From Alphaproteobacteria bacterium (lineage in GTDB: Bacteria; Pseudomonadota; Alphaproteobacteria; UBA828), in the NCBI GenBank assembly GCA_963667785.2, contig CAXXMU010000005.1, positions 320,001 through 384,000 of the forward strand: DNA of 64,000 bases, in the 5' to 3' direction. Both the position numbers and the translations under genes were made by a program. The notes under the pieces were generated by a model, which was given only the letters and a program-made list of their open reading frames with translations, was not told the DNA's origin and did no database searches. Of the stretch, positions 49,660 to 59,779 are shown piece after piece (the stretch's first letter is position 1; every line of letters starts with the position of its first letter).

Positions 49660-50457
49660 ATGCCGAAATTCGCCGCCAATCTCAGCTTCCTGTTCCAGGA
49701 GCTGGAATTCCTCGACCGCTTCGAGGCGGCGCGGCGTGCGGGCTTCCAGGCGGTCGAGTATCTCTTCCCCTACGACCATCCACCGGCGGAGATCGCGGCC
49801 CGGCTGGACGACAACGGGCTGAGCCAGGCGCTCTTCAACCTGTCGCCGGGGGACTGGGACGCCGGCGAGCGCGGCCTGACGGCGCTGCCGGGGAGGGAGG
49901 ACGACTTCCACCGCTCGGTCGACACCGCGCTCCGCTACGCCGATGCGCTCGGCTGCCGCCGGCTCCACGTGCTGGCGGCCGTCGTGCCGGACGGCGCCGA
50001 CGCGCGCGCCTGCGAGGACGCCTACGTGGCGAACCTCTCCCACGCGGCCGATGCCTTCGGGCGCGAGGGCATCCGCGCCCTCATCGAGCCGCTCAACACG
50101 ATCGACAATCCGGGCTATCTGCTGTCCACCGCCGGCCATGCACAGCGCGTGATCGAGACCGTCGGCAGCCCCAATCTCTTCCTCCAGTACGACCTCTATC
50201 ACCGCCAGATCATGGAGGGCAGCCTGGCCGCGGGCTTCGCGCAGCACCGCGAGATCATCGCCCATATCCAGATCGCCGGCGTCCCCGGCCGCCACGAGCC
50301 CGACGTGGGCGAGATCAACTACCCCTATCTCTTCGACATGCTCGACGCCGCGGGCTATGACGGCTGGGTCGGCTGCGAATACCGGCCCAGGGGCGGCACC
50401 CTCGATGGGCTGGGCTGGCTGGCTCCCTACGGCATCGGCACCGGGCTGATCGCCTGA
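49660..50457 (+). CDS. Hydroxypyruvate/2-oxo-tetronate isomerase (Hyi/OtnI family)
   Basis: MPKFAANLS, VEYLFPY, IEPLN, DLYHRQI, GVPGRHEP, WVGCEYRP. Confidence 0.92.
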   Translation: MPKFAANLSFLFQELEFLDRFEAARRAGFQAVEYLFPYDHPPAEIAARLDDNGLSQALFNLSPGDWDAGERGLTALPGREDDFHRSVDTALRYADALGCRRLHVLAAVVPDGADARACEDAYVANLSHAADAFGREGIRALIEPLNTIDNPGYLLSTAGHAQRVIETVGSPNLFLQYDLYHRQIMEGSLAAGFAQHREIIAHIQIAGVPGRHEPDVGEINYPYLFDMLDAAGYDGWVGCEYRPRGGTLDGLGWLAPYGIGTGLIA

Positions 50458-50494
50458 GCGGGCACGCAGGCGCGGAACGGCGGAGGAGGACGCG

Positions 50495-51130
50495 ATGACC
50501 GACGACACCTACCGGGACATCGGCTACGGCGCGATGGAGATCGGCTTCGGCGAGCGGCCGGGCATCCTGGTGGTCGATCTGCAGACCGGCTTCACCCAGC
50601 CGCGCTTTCCCCTCGGCGGCTGCGAGCTGGTGCATCGCGCGGTGGACAACAGCGCCCGGGTGCTGGCCGCCGCCCGCGCCGCAGGGGTGCCGGTCGCCAA
50701 CTGCTACACCGCCTATCACTCGAAGGGCGACATGCTGCACTGGAAGATCGGACCGGTGCGCGACGAGTTCTTCGAGGGCGAGCCCTGCACCGAGATGGAG
50801 CCCCGCACCTCCGATGCCGACTACGACTACATCCTGCGCAAGTCGGCGCCCTCGATCTTCTTCCAGACTCCGGTCGCCGCCTTCCTCACCAAGCACCGGG
50901 TGGACACGACCATCGTCATGGGCTGCATGACCAGCGGCTGCATCCGCGCGTCGGTGATCGATTCCTTCTCCAACGGCTACCGCACCATGGTGCCGGAGGA
51001 CTGCGTCGGCGACGCGGGCGAGGGGCCGCACCGGGATAACCTGCGCGATGTCGGCCGCCGCTACGCCGACATCGTCTCGTCCGGGCAGGTGCTCGACTAT
51101 CTCGACGAGATCAGGAAGCGCAATTCCTGA
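50495..51130 (+). CDS. Isochorismatase-family amidohydrolase
   Basis: GFGERP.ILVVDLQ, KSAPSIFF.T, GCMTSGCIRAS. Confidence 0.9.
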   Translation: MTDDTYRDIGYGAMEIGFGERPGILVVDLQTGFTQPRFPLGGCELVHRAVDNSARVLAAARAAGVPVANCYTAYHSKGDMLHWKIGPVRDEFFEGEPCTEMEPRTSDADYDYILRKSAPSIFFQTPVAAFLTKHRVDTTIVMGCMTSGCIRASVIDSFSNGYRTMVPEDCVGDAGEGPHRDNLRDVGRRYADIVSSGQVLDYLDEIRKRNS

Positions 51131-51139
51131 AGGGTGCCC

Positions 51140-51433
51140 CTAGCAGGACGGCCGGAGCCGGTAGGGATCGGGCGCGGGCTGGATGTCGGCGCGGCCGGGG
51201 GGCAGGGCCTCCCCTTTCAGCACTGCTGCGCGGAGCGTCGCCTCGTCGACGGCGCGCTTCTCGTTGAGGGCGCGCGCGAGCGAGAGCGCCGCACGGCGCG
51301 TCTGGCAGGTGCCCACGAAGGCATAGAGCCGGCGGCCCTTCGCGTGCCGCTCGGCCCGGACGACGCGCCAGGTGGAGTCCTCGCCGGCCAGTCCCTCGAC
51401 GACCACGTAGTGGGTGGGCGCCCCGTCATCCAT
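51140..51433 (-). CDS. Hypothetical protein
   Basis: 97-aa ORF that fills the gap co-directionally. No recognisable motif. Confidence 0.45.
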   Translation of the reverse strand: MDDGAPTHYVVVEGLAGEDSTWRVVRAERHAKGRRLYAFVGTCQTRRAALSLARALNEKRAVDEATLRAAVLKGEALPPGRADIQPAPDPYRLRPSC

Positions 51434-51485
51434 GGACCCGAGGCTAACCCGGATTCCCCGCCGGGGCCATGCTCCGCGCGGCGGG

Positions 51486-52346
51486 CTAACCGCGGTCGCG
51501 CACGTGTTCGTAGATCTCGGTGAAGTCCGAATCGGGACGCGCGGCCTCCATCCCGTCCCAGATGGTCCGCAGCATGCCGGCGAGGGTGCCGGGCGCGCCC
51601 GCGCCGGCCACGCTCGCCTGGTAGAGGCGGATGTCCTTGGCCATGAGCCTGGTGGCGAAGCCGGAATCGAAGCTGCCGGTGGCGATGCGGTTGGGGAACT
51701 TGTCCTCGGTCGCGGTGTTGCGGCCGGTGGACAGATTGACCGTCTCCAGGATCGTCGCCATGTCGAGGCCCTGCGAGACGCCGAAGGCCACCGCCTCGCT
51801 GGTCGCCGCCATCGCCGTGGCGGAGAGGAAGTTGTTCAGGAGCTTCATCGCCATGCCGTGGCCGGGCTCGGTGCCCACATGGCGGGCGTTCGCCGCCATC
51901 GGGCGCACGAAGGGCTCGACCTCGGCGAAGAGATCGTCGGGTGCGGCCACCATCATGGCGAGCGTGCCGGCCTGCGCGCCCTTCGTGCCGCCGCTCACCG
52001 GCGCATCGGCGTAGCGGATGCCGGCGCCGGCCAGCAGGTCGTGGGCCGCGCGCGCATCGGCGATGCCGGCCGTGGTGCTGTCCACCACGATCTCGACGGC
52101 CCTCTCCGAGCACGCCGCCAGCTCGCGCGCCACCTGCAGCACGACCGGCCCGTCGGGGAGGCAGAGGAAGACGATGCGGGCCCGCGCAGCGACCTCCCGC
52201 GCGGACCCGGCGCAGGGCGCCCCGGGCGGGGCCAGCGCCGCCGTGCCGGCGGCATCGAAGCACACCACCTCGTGGCCGGCGGCGGCCAGGTTGTGCACCA
52301 TGGGGCCGCCCATGTTGCCGAGGCCGATGAAGCCGAGGGCGGGCAT
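51486..52346 (-). CDS. NAD(P)-dependent beta-hydroxyacid dehydrogenase
   Basis: GFIGLGNMGGPM, DAPVSGG, KLLNNFL, F...LMAKD. Confidence 0.92.
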   Translation of the reverse strand: MPALGFIGLGNMGGPMVHNLAAAGHEVVCFDAAGTAALAPPGAPCAGSAREVAARARIVFLCLPDGPVVLQVARELAACSERAVEIVVDSTTAGIADARAAHDLLAGAGIRYADAPVSGGTKGAQAGTLAMMVAAPDDLFAEVEPFVRPMAANARHVGTEPGHGMAMKLLNNFLSATAMAATSEAVAFGVSQGLDMATILETVNLSTGRNTATEDKFPNRIATGSFDSGFATRLMAKDIRLYQASVAGAGAPGTLAGMLRTIWDGMEAARPDSDFTEIYEHVRDRG

Positions 52347-52735
52347 CAGCCGGCCTTCGCTTCGCGGTGCTCGTCGACGACGCGGCGGGCGATGCGGAAC
52401 CCTTCGACCGCCGCCGGCGCGCCGCAATAGACGGCGACCTGGATCAGCGTCTCCTTGATCTCGTCCACGGTCACGCCGTTGGTGAGCGCGCCCTTGAGAT
52501 GCAGCTCCAGCTCGTGGTTGCGGCCCAGCGCCGACAGCATGCAGATGTTGTTGAGGCTGCGCTGCTTGCGGCTCAGCCCCGGCCGGCCCCATACCGCGCC
52601 CCAGCAGTATTCGGTGAGGATCTCCTGGAACTCCTGGTTGAAGTCGTCGGCGCTGCCGATGGCGCGGTCGACGTACTCGGAACCGAGCACCTCGCGCCGG
52701 ATCTGGAGGCCCTTCTCGTACATCTCGTTGGGCAT
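52346..52735 (-). CDS. Carboxymuconolactone decarboxylase family protein
   Basis: GLQIRREVLG.EYV, YCWGAVWGRPGL, HLKGAL.NG, YCGAPA. Confidence 0.92.
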   Translation of the reverse strand: MPNEMYEKGLQIRREVLGSEYVDRAIGSADDFNQEFQEILTEYCWGAVWGRPGLSRKQRSLNNICMLSALGRNHELELHLKGALTNGVTVDEIKETLIQVAVYCGAPAAVEGFRIARRVVDEHREAKAG

Positions 52736-52846
52736 GGCGGCTACTCTCCTGGCTGACGGTGGGGGCCGCGCCCGGCGCGGCCGGCCGCGCATCATAGCGG
52801 CCCGGCCGGCAAATCCCAGGATAGCGGCAGAGTGTAGGCGGCCAGA

Positions 52847-53022
52847 TAGAGCGCATCCGTCTTTGACGGATGAGCGATAGGCCGCGACCGCGGCCCGCCG
52901 CTTATGCGGCGCCCTCGCATCGTGCGCTCCGCGCGCGTGGACGCGCGACGGCGTCGGCTGCAAGCCGACTGCCGTGAGCGACAAAAGGCTTGAGCGTTTC
53001 CGTGCGAAACGGAAACGCCCTA
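52847..53022 (+). repeat. MITE/RIME-like intergenic repeat, copy 1
   Basis: Close inverted copy at 59761-59936, with terminal hairpins. Confidence 0.85.
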
Positions 53023-54186
53023 TTCCGCCGTGTGCGCCTCGAGAAACGCCTCGTCGATGGTGACGCCGAGGCCGGGGCGGTCGGGAATGGCGATCATGCC
53101 GTCCTTCACCTCGAAGGACTCCTCGACGAGATCGTGCAGCAGCGGGTTGGCGCCGAGGGAGTACTCGGCGATCACCGCCGCCGGCGAGACGGCCATGACC
53201 TGGAGCCCGGCCGCGAAATTGAGCGCGCCGCCCCAGAGGTGGGGCGCGAGGAAGACCCCGTGGCACTCGGCCAGCGCCGCGATCCGCATGGCCTCGGTGA
53301 TGCCGCCGGCGATGGCGAGATCGGGCTGGAAGTAGTCCACCGCCTGGTGGGCCAGCAGGTCGCGGAAGTCGAAGCGGGTGAACTCGCTCTCGCCTGCGGC
53401 GACGGGGATGTCGCACGCCGCCCGGACCGTGCCCATGCCGGCCTTGTCGTCGGCGTTCACCGGCTCCTCGAACCAGGCGAGGCCGCATTCCTCCACCAGC
53501 CGCACGAAGCGGAGCGCCTCCTTCACCGAATAGGTGCCGTGGGCATCGACCATGATGGCGGTGTCGCAGCCGAGATGGGCGCGGGCCGCCCGCACCCGGC
53601 GCACCGAGGTGAGCAGGTCGCCGTCGCCGGCACCGACGCGCATCTTCACGGCGCGAAAGCCGCCGCGCGCGACATAGCCTTCGAGCTCCACGCCGATGGC
53701 CTCGGCCGGCGCCCAGCCGCCGGAGGCGTAGGCCGGCATGGCGTCCCGGCACTTGCCGCCCAGCAGCCGCCACACCGGGACGTCGAGCGAGCGCCCCAGG
53801 ATGTCCCAGCAGGCCATGTCGATAGCGCCGATGGCGCTGATCCTGATGCCACGACGGTCCAGCACCGGAAAGCCGCGGCCGCGCTCGAGCGCGAAGTGGG
53901 CGCGGCCGCCGCTGTAGCCGATCTCCCACAGCCGGCGAGGGTCGCGCGGGTCCTCGCCGATCAGCGCCGGGCCGAGATCGCGGTTGATGAGGGCCGTCAG
54001 CGCGGCATTGTTGCCCATGCTGCCGACCGAGGCCTTGGCCTCTCCCCAGCCCACCAGCCCGCATTCGGTCTCCACCCGAACGATGGTGGCGTCGAAGTAG
54101 TTGGCGACGCCGAGATCGCTCCGGTGCTGCTGCGCCGCGGGGATCGGCACGTGCGCCCAGCGCGCGGTGACGCTCCTGATCTTCAT
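53020..54186 (-). CDS. Mandelate racemase/muconate lactonizing enzyme family
   Basis: AIDMACWDILG, KMRVG, MVDAHG, WFEEP, GESEF, QPD. Confidence 0.92.
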   Translation of the reverse strand: MKIRSVTARWAHVPIPAAQQHRSDLGVANYFDATIVRVETECGLVGWGEAKASVGSMGNNAALTALINRDLGPALIGEDPRDPRRLWEIGYSGGRAHFALERGRGFPVLDRRGIRISAIGAIDMACWDILGRSLDVPVWRLLGGKCRDAMPAYASGGWAPAEAIGVELEGYVARGGFRAVKMRVGAGDGDLLTSVRRVRAARAHLGCDTAIMVDAHGTYSVKEALRFVRLVEECGLAWFEEPVNADDKAGMGTVRAACDIPVAAGESEFTRFDFRDLLAHQAVDYFQPDLAIAGGITEAMRIAALAECHGVFLAPHLWGGALNFAAGLQVMAVSPAAVIAEYSLGANPLLHDLVEESFEVKDGMIAIPDRPGLGVTIDEAFLEAHTAE

Positions 54187-54638
54187 CGTCCTGCCATCCC
54201 TCGGTGAGCGGTCGCGCAGTCCCGCCGAGCACGGCGGCGCTGCCTGCGCGCCGAAAGCAGCCGTTCGATGCGCGCGCGCAGCGCCTCGTCGTCGCGCGCG
54301 GCCCTGAAGATCTCGTAGTATTCGTCCTCGCCGATCCCTGCCGCCTCCTCGATGGCGCGGCCGATATCGGCGTCGGCCGCCTCGACGAGAGCCTCGCGCC
54401 TGTCCTCGTCGGCCTCGCCTTCGATGCGCGGACGCCACGCCTCGATCCGCCGGCTCACCTCGATCGTGACGGTCACGAACGCCTCGAGCGTGGCCTCGTC
54501 GTAGTCGTCGGCCGCCGCGCGCTGGCCCGGCCCGAGCACGGCACCTGCCAGGGCGATGGCCAGCAGCAGGACGGTGAGCCGCGGCAGGAGGCCGCTCACG
54601 GCGCCCCCTCGGCCGCGGCGGGTGTCGGGGGTCGCCAT
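54183..54638 (-). CDS. Exported DUF4168-like protein
   Basis: Signal peptide, YDEATLEAFV, GIGEDEYYEI..AAR.DEALRARI. Confidence 0.7.
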   Translation of the reverse strand: MATPDTRRGRGGAVSGLLPRLTVLLLAIALAGAVLGPGQRAAADDYDEATLEAFVTVTIEVSRRIEAWRPRIEGEADEDRREALVEAADADIGRAIEEAAGIGEDEYYEIFRAARDDEALRARIERLLSARRQRRRARRDCATAHRGMAGR

Positions 54639-54663
54639 CGCGGTGCCTTCGGCGCGGGCGCCG

Positions 54664-55464
54664 CTAGCCGCCGGACCCGGCCGACCGGGTGAAGGTCAGC
54701 GTCGCAATGGGCGCATCCGAGAACGGGGCCACGCCGCGCAGGCTCGTGATGGTGCCTTGCGGCAAGGTGGCGGCGTTGTCGAACGAGAGCTCGTCTCCCT
54801 CCTCGGTGCCGGCGTCCCAGGGAAAAAGCTCCAGCGTGAGCGTCTCCACCCACGCGCCTGACGCATCGAGGAGCGAGAGACCGGAGACGCCCACGAACCA
54901 GTCGGGGCTGGGCGCGATCATCGAGAGCAGGGTGATGCGCGGATGGTCGGCGGTGACGGTGACGGCATCGAACGTCGACGAGTCCGTCGCGCCGCTGCCG
55001 TCCTCCTTGCGCAGCACGCCGAGCGTGTTCGCCCCGGCCGCCTCGATTTCCTTCGTCAGGGTGGCCGTGCGCCCGCGCTCCGCCATGGATTCGACGCCCG
55101 GCGTGGCCATGCCGCCGGCCTCGAGGAAGGTGACGGCAGCGTTGTGGACGCCGCCGATCAGCGGCGAGAAGTGCGCGCCGTCGGGCATGCCTGCCGGGGT
55201 GACGTCGGTGGTCCAGGTGCCGGTGAAGGTCACGCCATAGGTCACGGAATCGTGAGCGGACGTGAGAGCCGGGTCGTCGGCCTGCGGGCTGAGCGACATG
55301 TCGGGCGCCGTCTCGGCATGGGCGCTCCCGAGGACGAACGTGGCGGCGATGAGGGCGGCACAGGCCGAGGCGGCGATACGCCCGGTCCACCCGATGCCGG
55401 AGCTGAAGGGCGGCACTGCCTCGGCGGCGGTGCCGCCACGAGCCGGCATGGCGGACCTCCTCAT
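54664..55464 (-). CDS. Exported Spondin_N-domain protein
   Basis: YGVTFTGTW, HFSPLIGGVH, MAERG, SMIAPSPDWFVGV and WDAGTE are typical Spondin_N motifs. Start uncertain. Confidence 0.85.
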   Translation of the reverse strand: MRRSAMPARGGTAAEAVPPFSSGIGWTGRIAASACAALIAATFVLGSAHAETAPDMSLSPQADDPALTSAHDSVTYGVTFTGTWTTDVTPAGMPDGAHFSPLIGGVHNAAVTFLEAGGMATPGVESMAERGRTATLTKEIEAAGANTLGVLRKEDGSGATDSSTFDAVTVTADHPRITLLSMIAPSPDWFVGVSGLSLLDASGAWVETLTLELFPWDAGTEEGDELSFDNAATLPQGTITSLRGVAPFSDAPIATLTFTRSAGSGG

Positions 55465-55607
55465 TGCTCCTCACCTCCCCCAACGCGCGCGTTCCGGCGG
55501 AACCGCTCATCGACGTTGAAGCGATTACGATAGCAGGATGGCCCGACCTGCGTAATCACGAAAAGGTGAGTGACGACAGCCGGTTCGGGTCGGGAACCGC
55601 GGCTCCG

Positions 55608-56612
55608 TCAGGTGACCTGGAAGCCGTGGGCGAAGGGGTCCTCGGCATCGACGAAGATGGTGTTGAGCCCGGTGATCCGCGCCCAGCCCTCGATGCTCGG
55701 CACGATGGCGTCGTGGTTGCCCACACGGGCGGCGCTCTCGACGCGGCAGCGGAACAGGCTGCCGATGATGCTCTCGTGCACGAACTCGTCGCCGGCAGCC
55801 AGCCTGCCCTTGGCCGCCCACTGCGCCATGCGCGCCGAGCTGCCGGTGCCGCAGGGGGACCGGTCGAGCGCGCCGGAGCCGTAGAAGACGGCGTTCCGCC
55901 CGTGGGCGCTCGCGTCCCGCGGCGCGCCGGTCCACATCACGTGGCTGACGCCGGCGATCGAGGGGTCGTCCGGGTGAACGCAGTCCACCACCCGGTTGCA
56001 GGCCTCGCGCAGGCCGGGGCTCATGGCCAGCAGCTCGGCCGCCGAGAACGCCTCCATCCCCGCGTAGCCCGGCTGCGGATCGACAATGGCGTAGAAGTTG
56101 CCGCCATAGGCGATGTCCACCGTGAGCGGGCCGAGGACCGGGCACTCGACCGTGACGCCGGTCTCGGCCAGGAAGCTCGGCACGTTGGTGATGCGCACGG
56201 CGTCCACGCGTGCGCCATCCTGCCGGTAGCGCGCGTCGACGCGGCCCGCCGGCGTGTCGAGGACCACGATGCCCTCGCTCCGCGGGGAGACGAGGCCGTG
56301 CTCGAGCGCGATGGTCACGGTACCGATGGTGCCGTGGCCGCACATCGGCAGGCACCCCGTGGTCTCGATGAAGAGGAGCGCGAGATCGGCGTCCCCCGAG
56401 ATGGGCGGATAGAGCACCGTGCCCGACATCAGATCGTGGCCGCGCGGCTCGAACATGAGCGCCTGCCTGATCCAGTCGTAGTCGCGGAGGAAGTGCTGGC
56501 GCCGCTCGCTCATGCTGGCGCCGGCGAGCGCAGGCCCGCCGCCCGCCACCACCCGCACCGGATTGCCGCAGGTGTGGCCGTCGATGCAGAAGAAGCTGTG
56601 GCGTGCGCTCAT
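55608..56612 (-). CDS. 4-hydroxyproline 2-epimerase (proline racemase family)
   Basis: IDGHTCGNPVR, EPRGH, PMCGHGTIG, DRSPCGTG. Confidence 0.92.
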   Translation of the reverse strand: MSARHSFFCIDGHTCGNPVRVVAGGGPALAGASMSERRQHFLRDYDWIRQALMFEPRGHDLMSGTVLYPPISGDADLALLFIETTGCLPMCGHGTIGTVTIALEHGLVSPRSEGIVVLDTPAGRVDARYRQDGARVDAVRITNVPSFLAETGVTVECPVLGPLTVDIAYGGNFYAIVDPQPGYAGMEAFSAAELLAMSPGLREACNRVVDCVHPDDPSIAGVSHVMWTGAPRDASAHGRNAVFYGSGALDRSPCGTGSSARMAQWAAKGRLAAGDEFVHESIIGSLFRCRVESAARVGNHDAIVPSIEGWARITGLNTIFVDAEDPFAHGFQVT

Positions 56613-57601
56613 GGCTCGCCCTCGCCGGCGACCGCCACCCACCGGCCGGTTGCCGCGGCCGCGACCAGCGCCTCCATCACGGCGATACCGTGCACGGCTT
56701 CGGCGGTCGTCACCGTGTACGCCGCCTCGCCGGCGCAGGCGGCGGCGAACTCGTCGAGCTCCAGCCTGAGTGTGTCCAGCGCCTCGATCGGCTCGTCGCG
56801 CGCGGGCCCGTCCGCCGGGTGGACGGTGAGCCGGCTGTTGTCGATCTGGGCGTGTGCATTGCCGCCGGTACCGTAGACGTTGATGTAGGACGTGTGCGGG
56901 CACGCGAACATGGTGCCGAGATAGCCGGAGACGCCTGATTCGAAGGTGAACAGCACCGATGTCGTGTCGTCGATATCGACCGGGACCGCGCGCCGGTAGG
57001 CCTGCGCCGCGACCCGCGCGATGGGCCCGAGCAGATAGACGAGGGCGTCGATCATGTGGATGCCGAGCCCGGTGACCGAGCCGGCCGGGCTCTCGACACG
57101 GTTGGAGCGCCAGAGATCGGGCGGGTAGCCGAGCGCGCTCGGGACCGAGAAGTTCGCCTCGGCGTGGAGGACCGTGCCGAAGTCGCCCGCTTCGAGCATC
57201 GCCTTGAGAGCGCGGGTGGCGCTATGCCAGCGCCGGTTTTGCCCGATTGCGAGCACCACGCCGGCCGCCGCGCACGCATCCGCCGCGGCCTGCGCGCTCG
57301 CACGGGTGAGCGTGAAGGGCTTCTCGCAGAAGACGTGCTTGCCGGCCGCAGCCGCCGCGATCACCTGCTCGGCATGGGTCGAGTGCGGCGTGGTGAGGAT
57401 GACCGCGTCGATCGTCTCGTCGGCGAGCACCGCCTCGTAGGACTCGTGCTGGGCCGTGCCGTACTTCTCGGCAAAGGCCGCGCGCTTCGCCGCCGAGCGG
57501 GTGAAGCAGGTCACGATGCGGATCGCGTCCGACTTGCCCTGTGCGGCGTCCGCGAGCTCGTCGGACCACCAGCCCATTCCGATTGAGGCGGCGCGCAGCA
57601 T
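56609..57601 (-). CDS. Gfo/Idh/MocA oxidoreductase
   Basis: IGMGWW, TPHSTH, GKHVFCEKP, GIHMID. Confidence 0.9.
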   Translation of the reverse strand: MLRAASIGMGWWSDELADAAQGKSDAIRIVTCFTRSAAKRAAFAEKYGTAQHESYEAVLADETIDAVILTTPHSTHAEQVIAAAAAGKHVFCEKPFTLTRASAQAAADACAAAGVVLAIGQNRRWHSATRALKAMLEAGDFGTVLHAEANFSVPSALGYPPDLWRSNRVESPAGSVTGLGIHMIDALVYLLGPIARVAAQAYRRAVPVDIDDTTSVLFTFESGVSGYLGTMFACPHTSYINVYGTGGNAHAQIDNSRLTVHPADGPARDEPIEALDTLRLELDEFAAACAGEAAYTVTTAEAVHGIAVMEALVAAAATGRWVAVAGEGEP

Positions 57602-57683
57602 GGCTTACACCCGCTTCCATGACCCTTGCACCGACACTAGCATTCCGCCTGCCGCCGGCGAACCCGATTCCCGGCGGAGGCCC

Positions 57684-58850
57684 GTGAGGCCCCCTGTGGA
57701 GGCCCTGACCGGCGCCCGGCTGCACGGGCCCGACGGGTTTCTCACGGGCCGCGCCCTGCTGCTGGAGGGCGGCACCGTCGGCGACATCGTGGCCGACGAC
57801 GCGATCCCGCCTGCCGCCCGCATCACCCGGCTCGCGGGCGGCACGCTCGCCGCCGGCTTCATCGACCTTCAGGTCAACGGCGGCGGCGGCGTGATGTTCA
57901 ACGACGCACCGAGCGCCGACACGATCGCCGCGATCGGCGCCGCCCACAGGGCGCGGGGCACCACGTCGTTCCTGCCGACCTTCATCTCCGGCGGGCGCGC
58001 CGAGATGGCGCAGGCGGTGGCGGCGGTGCGCGCGGCGATGGAGCGGGCGCTGCCGGGGGTGCTCGGCATCCACTTCGAGGGGCCCCACCTCAACCCGGCC
58101 AGGCGCGGCGCCCACGATGCGGCGGCGCTGCGGCCGCCCGCCGAGGGCGACATCGACCTGCTCGCCTCGCTCGGCACGGGCCGCACCCTGGTGACGCTCG
58201 CGCCGGAGTGCGTCGCGCCGGCGGATATTGCGGCGCTTGCCGGGCGCGGCGTCGTCGTCGTCGCCGGCCACAGCGAGGCAGACGCAGAGACCATGGGCAG
58301 GGCGGTTGCGCAGGGGCTCGGCGGCGTCACCCACCTCTTCAACGCCATGGGCCCGCTCGGCCATCGCGAGCCGGGCACGGCAGGCGCGGCGCTCAGCGAG
58401 GATTCGCTTGCCTGCGGCATCATCGCCGACGGCGTCCACGTGCACTGGGACATGCTGCGCCTCGCCTGGCGCGCGAAGCCCAGGGGCAGGCTCTTCCTGG
58501 TGAGCGACAGCATGGCTCCCGTCGGCACGCCCGAGATGGAGACATTCCGCCTCGGCGGTGCGCCGGTGCGCCTCGTGGACGGCTGCCTGCGCACGGCGGA
58601 TGGCCGGCTCGCCGGCTCCCTGCTCGATCTGGGGTTGGCGGTGCGGAACTGCGTCGTCCACGCCGGCATCCCGCTGGAGGACGCGCTCTCCATGGCCGCC
58701 GCGTGGCCGGCGGATTTCCTCGGCGTCGGCGCGGACCGCGGACGCCTCGCGCCGGGGCTCCGGGCCGATCTCGTCTGGCTCGACGACGACCTGCGCGTGC
58801 GGACCGTCTGGACCGCCGGCGTGCCCGCCGACGCGCCGGCGGACACCTAG
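57684..58850 (+). CDS. nagA: N-acetylglucosamine-6-phosphate deacetylase
   Basis: GFIDLQVNGGGG, HFEGP, TLAPE, THLFNAM, IADGVHV, LAGS. Confidence 0.93.
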   Translation: MRPPVEALTGARLHGPDGFLTGRALLLEGGTVGDIVADDAIPPAARITRLAGGTLAAGFIDLQVNGGGGVMFNDAPSADTIAAIGAAHRARGTTSFLPTFISGGRAEMAQAVAAVRAAMERALPGVLGIHFEGPHLNPARRGAHDAAALRPPAEGDIDLLASLGTGRTLVTLAPECVAPADIAALAGRGVVVVAGHSEADAETMGRAVAQGLGGVTHLFNAMGPLGHREPGTAGAALSEDSLACGIIADGVHVHWDMLRLAWRAKPRGRLFLVSDSMAPVGTPEMETFRLGGAPVRLVDGCLRTADGRLAGSLLDLGLAVRNCVVHAGIPLEDALSMAAAWPADFLGVGADRGRLAPGLRADLVWLDDDLRVRTVWTAGVPADAPADT

Positions 58851-58876
58851 CCCCTGGCCCGGTGGCAGGAGGAACG

Positions 58877-59779
58877 ATGCGCATCGGTATCGACATCGGC
58901 GGCACCAAGCTCGCCGCGATCGGTCTCGACGATGACGGCGCCGAGCTGGCGCGCTTCCGCCAGCCGGTCCCGACGGGCTTCGACGACCTGATCGACGCCG
59001 TCGCCGGCATGGTCGAGCGGCTGACGGCGGCCGGCGTGCGCGCGCCCGCGATCGGCGTCAGCATCCCCGGCGTCATCACGCGCGACGGCGGGATCGACAT
59101 GATCGTGAACCTGCCCTGGCTCGCTGGCCGGCCGCTGCGCGCGGCCCTGGAGGCGCGGCTCGGCTGCCCGGTCGCGCTCGCGAACGATGCCAACTGCTTC
59201 ACCCTCTCCGAGGCGAGCGACGGCGCTGCCGCCGGTGCCGAGGTGGTGTTCGGCGTCATCCTCGGCACCGGCGTCGGCGGCGGGCTCGTGGTAGGCGGCA
59301 GGGTCCTGGTGGGCGCCAACGCCAGCGCCGGCGAGTGGGGCCACAATCCCTGGCCCACGCCCGGCGCGGGCGGCGTGCCGTGTGCCTGCGGGCGCTTCGC
59401 CCAGGGCTGCGTCGAGACTTGGCTCAACGGGCAGGCGCTCGCGCGCGACTATGCGGCGATCGGCGCAGGCGAAGCGACGGCCGAGGCGATCGGCGCGCGG
59501 GCCGAGGCCGGCGAGGCGGCCGCCACCGAGGCGGTGGCCCGCTACGCCGGGCGTCTGGCCCAGGCGCTCGCCGGCGTCATCAACGTGGTCGACCCGGACG
59601 CGATCGTGCTCGGCGGCGGGCTTTCGGAGATCGCCGCGCTCTATCGGCTCGTGCCTGCCGCCTGGGGTCGGCACGCGAGCGTCGACCGGCCGGCCACGAA
59701 GCTCGTCCGCGCGCGCTTCGGCCCGGACAGCGGCCTGCGCGGCGCGGCGTGGCTCGGGGTGGGCGCGTTTCCGTCTTAG
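58877..59779 (+). CDS. ROK-family sugar kinase
   Basis: GIDIGGTK, ANDANC, LGTGVGGG, GEWGH, CACG...GCVE. Confidence 0.92.
   Translation: MRIGIDIGGTKLAAIGLDDDGAELARFRQPVPTGFDDLIDAVAGMVERLTAAGVRAPAIGVSIPGVITRDGGIDMIVNLPWLAGRPLRAALEARLGCPVALANDANCFTLSEASDGAAAGAEVVFGVILGTGVGGGLVVGGRVLVGANASAGEWGHNPWPTPGAGGVPCACGRFAQGCVETWLNGQALARDYAAIGAGEATAEAIGARAEAGEAAATEAVARYAGRLAQALAGVINVVDPDAIVLGGGLSEIAALYRLVPAAWGRHASVDRPATKLVRARFGPDSGLRGAAWLGVGAFPS

Noticed and set aside
47755-59779. Apparent long fusions in the ORF track (47755-49494, 51486-52856, 52346-54232, 55608-56903, 58208-59779)
   Set aside because: The N-terminal extensions are Arg/Pro/Gly-rich off-frame reads of neighbouring genes. The real starts are internal.
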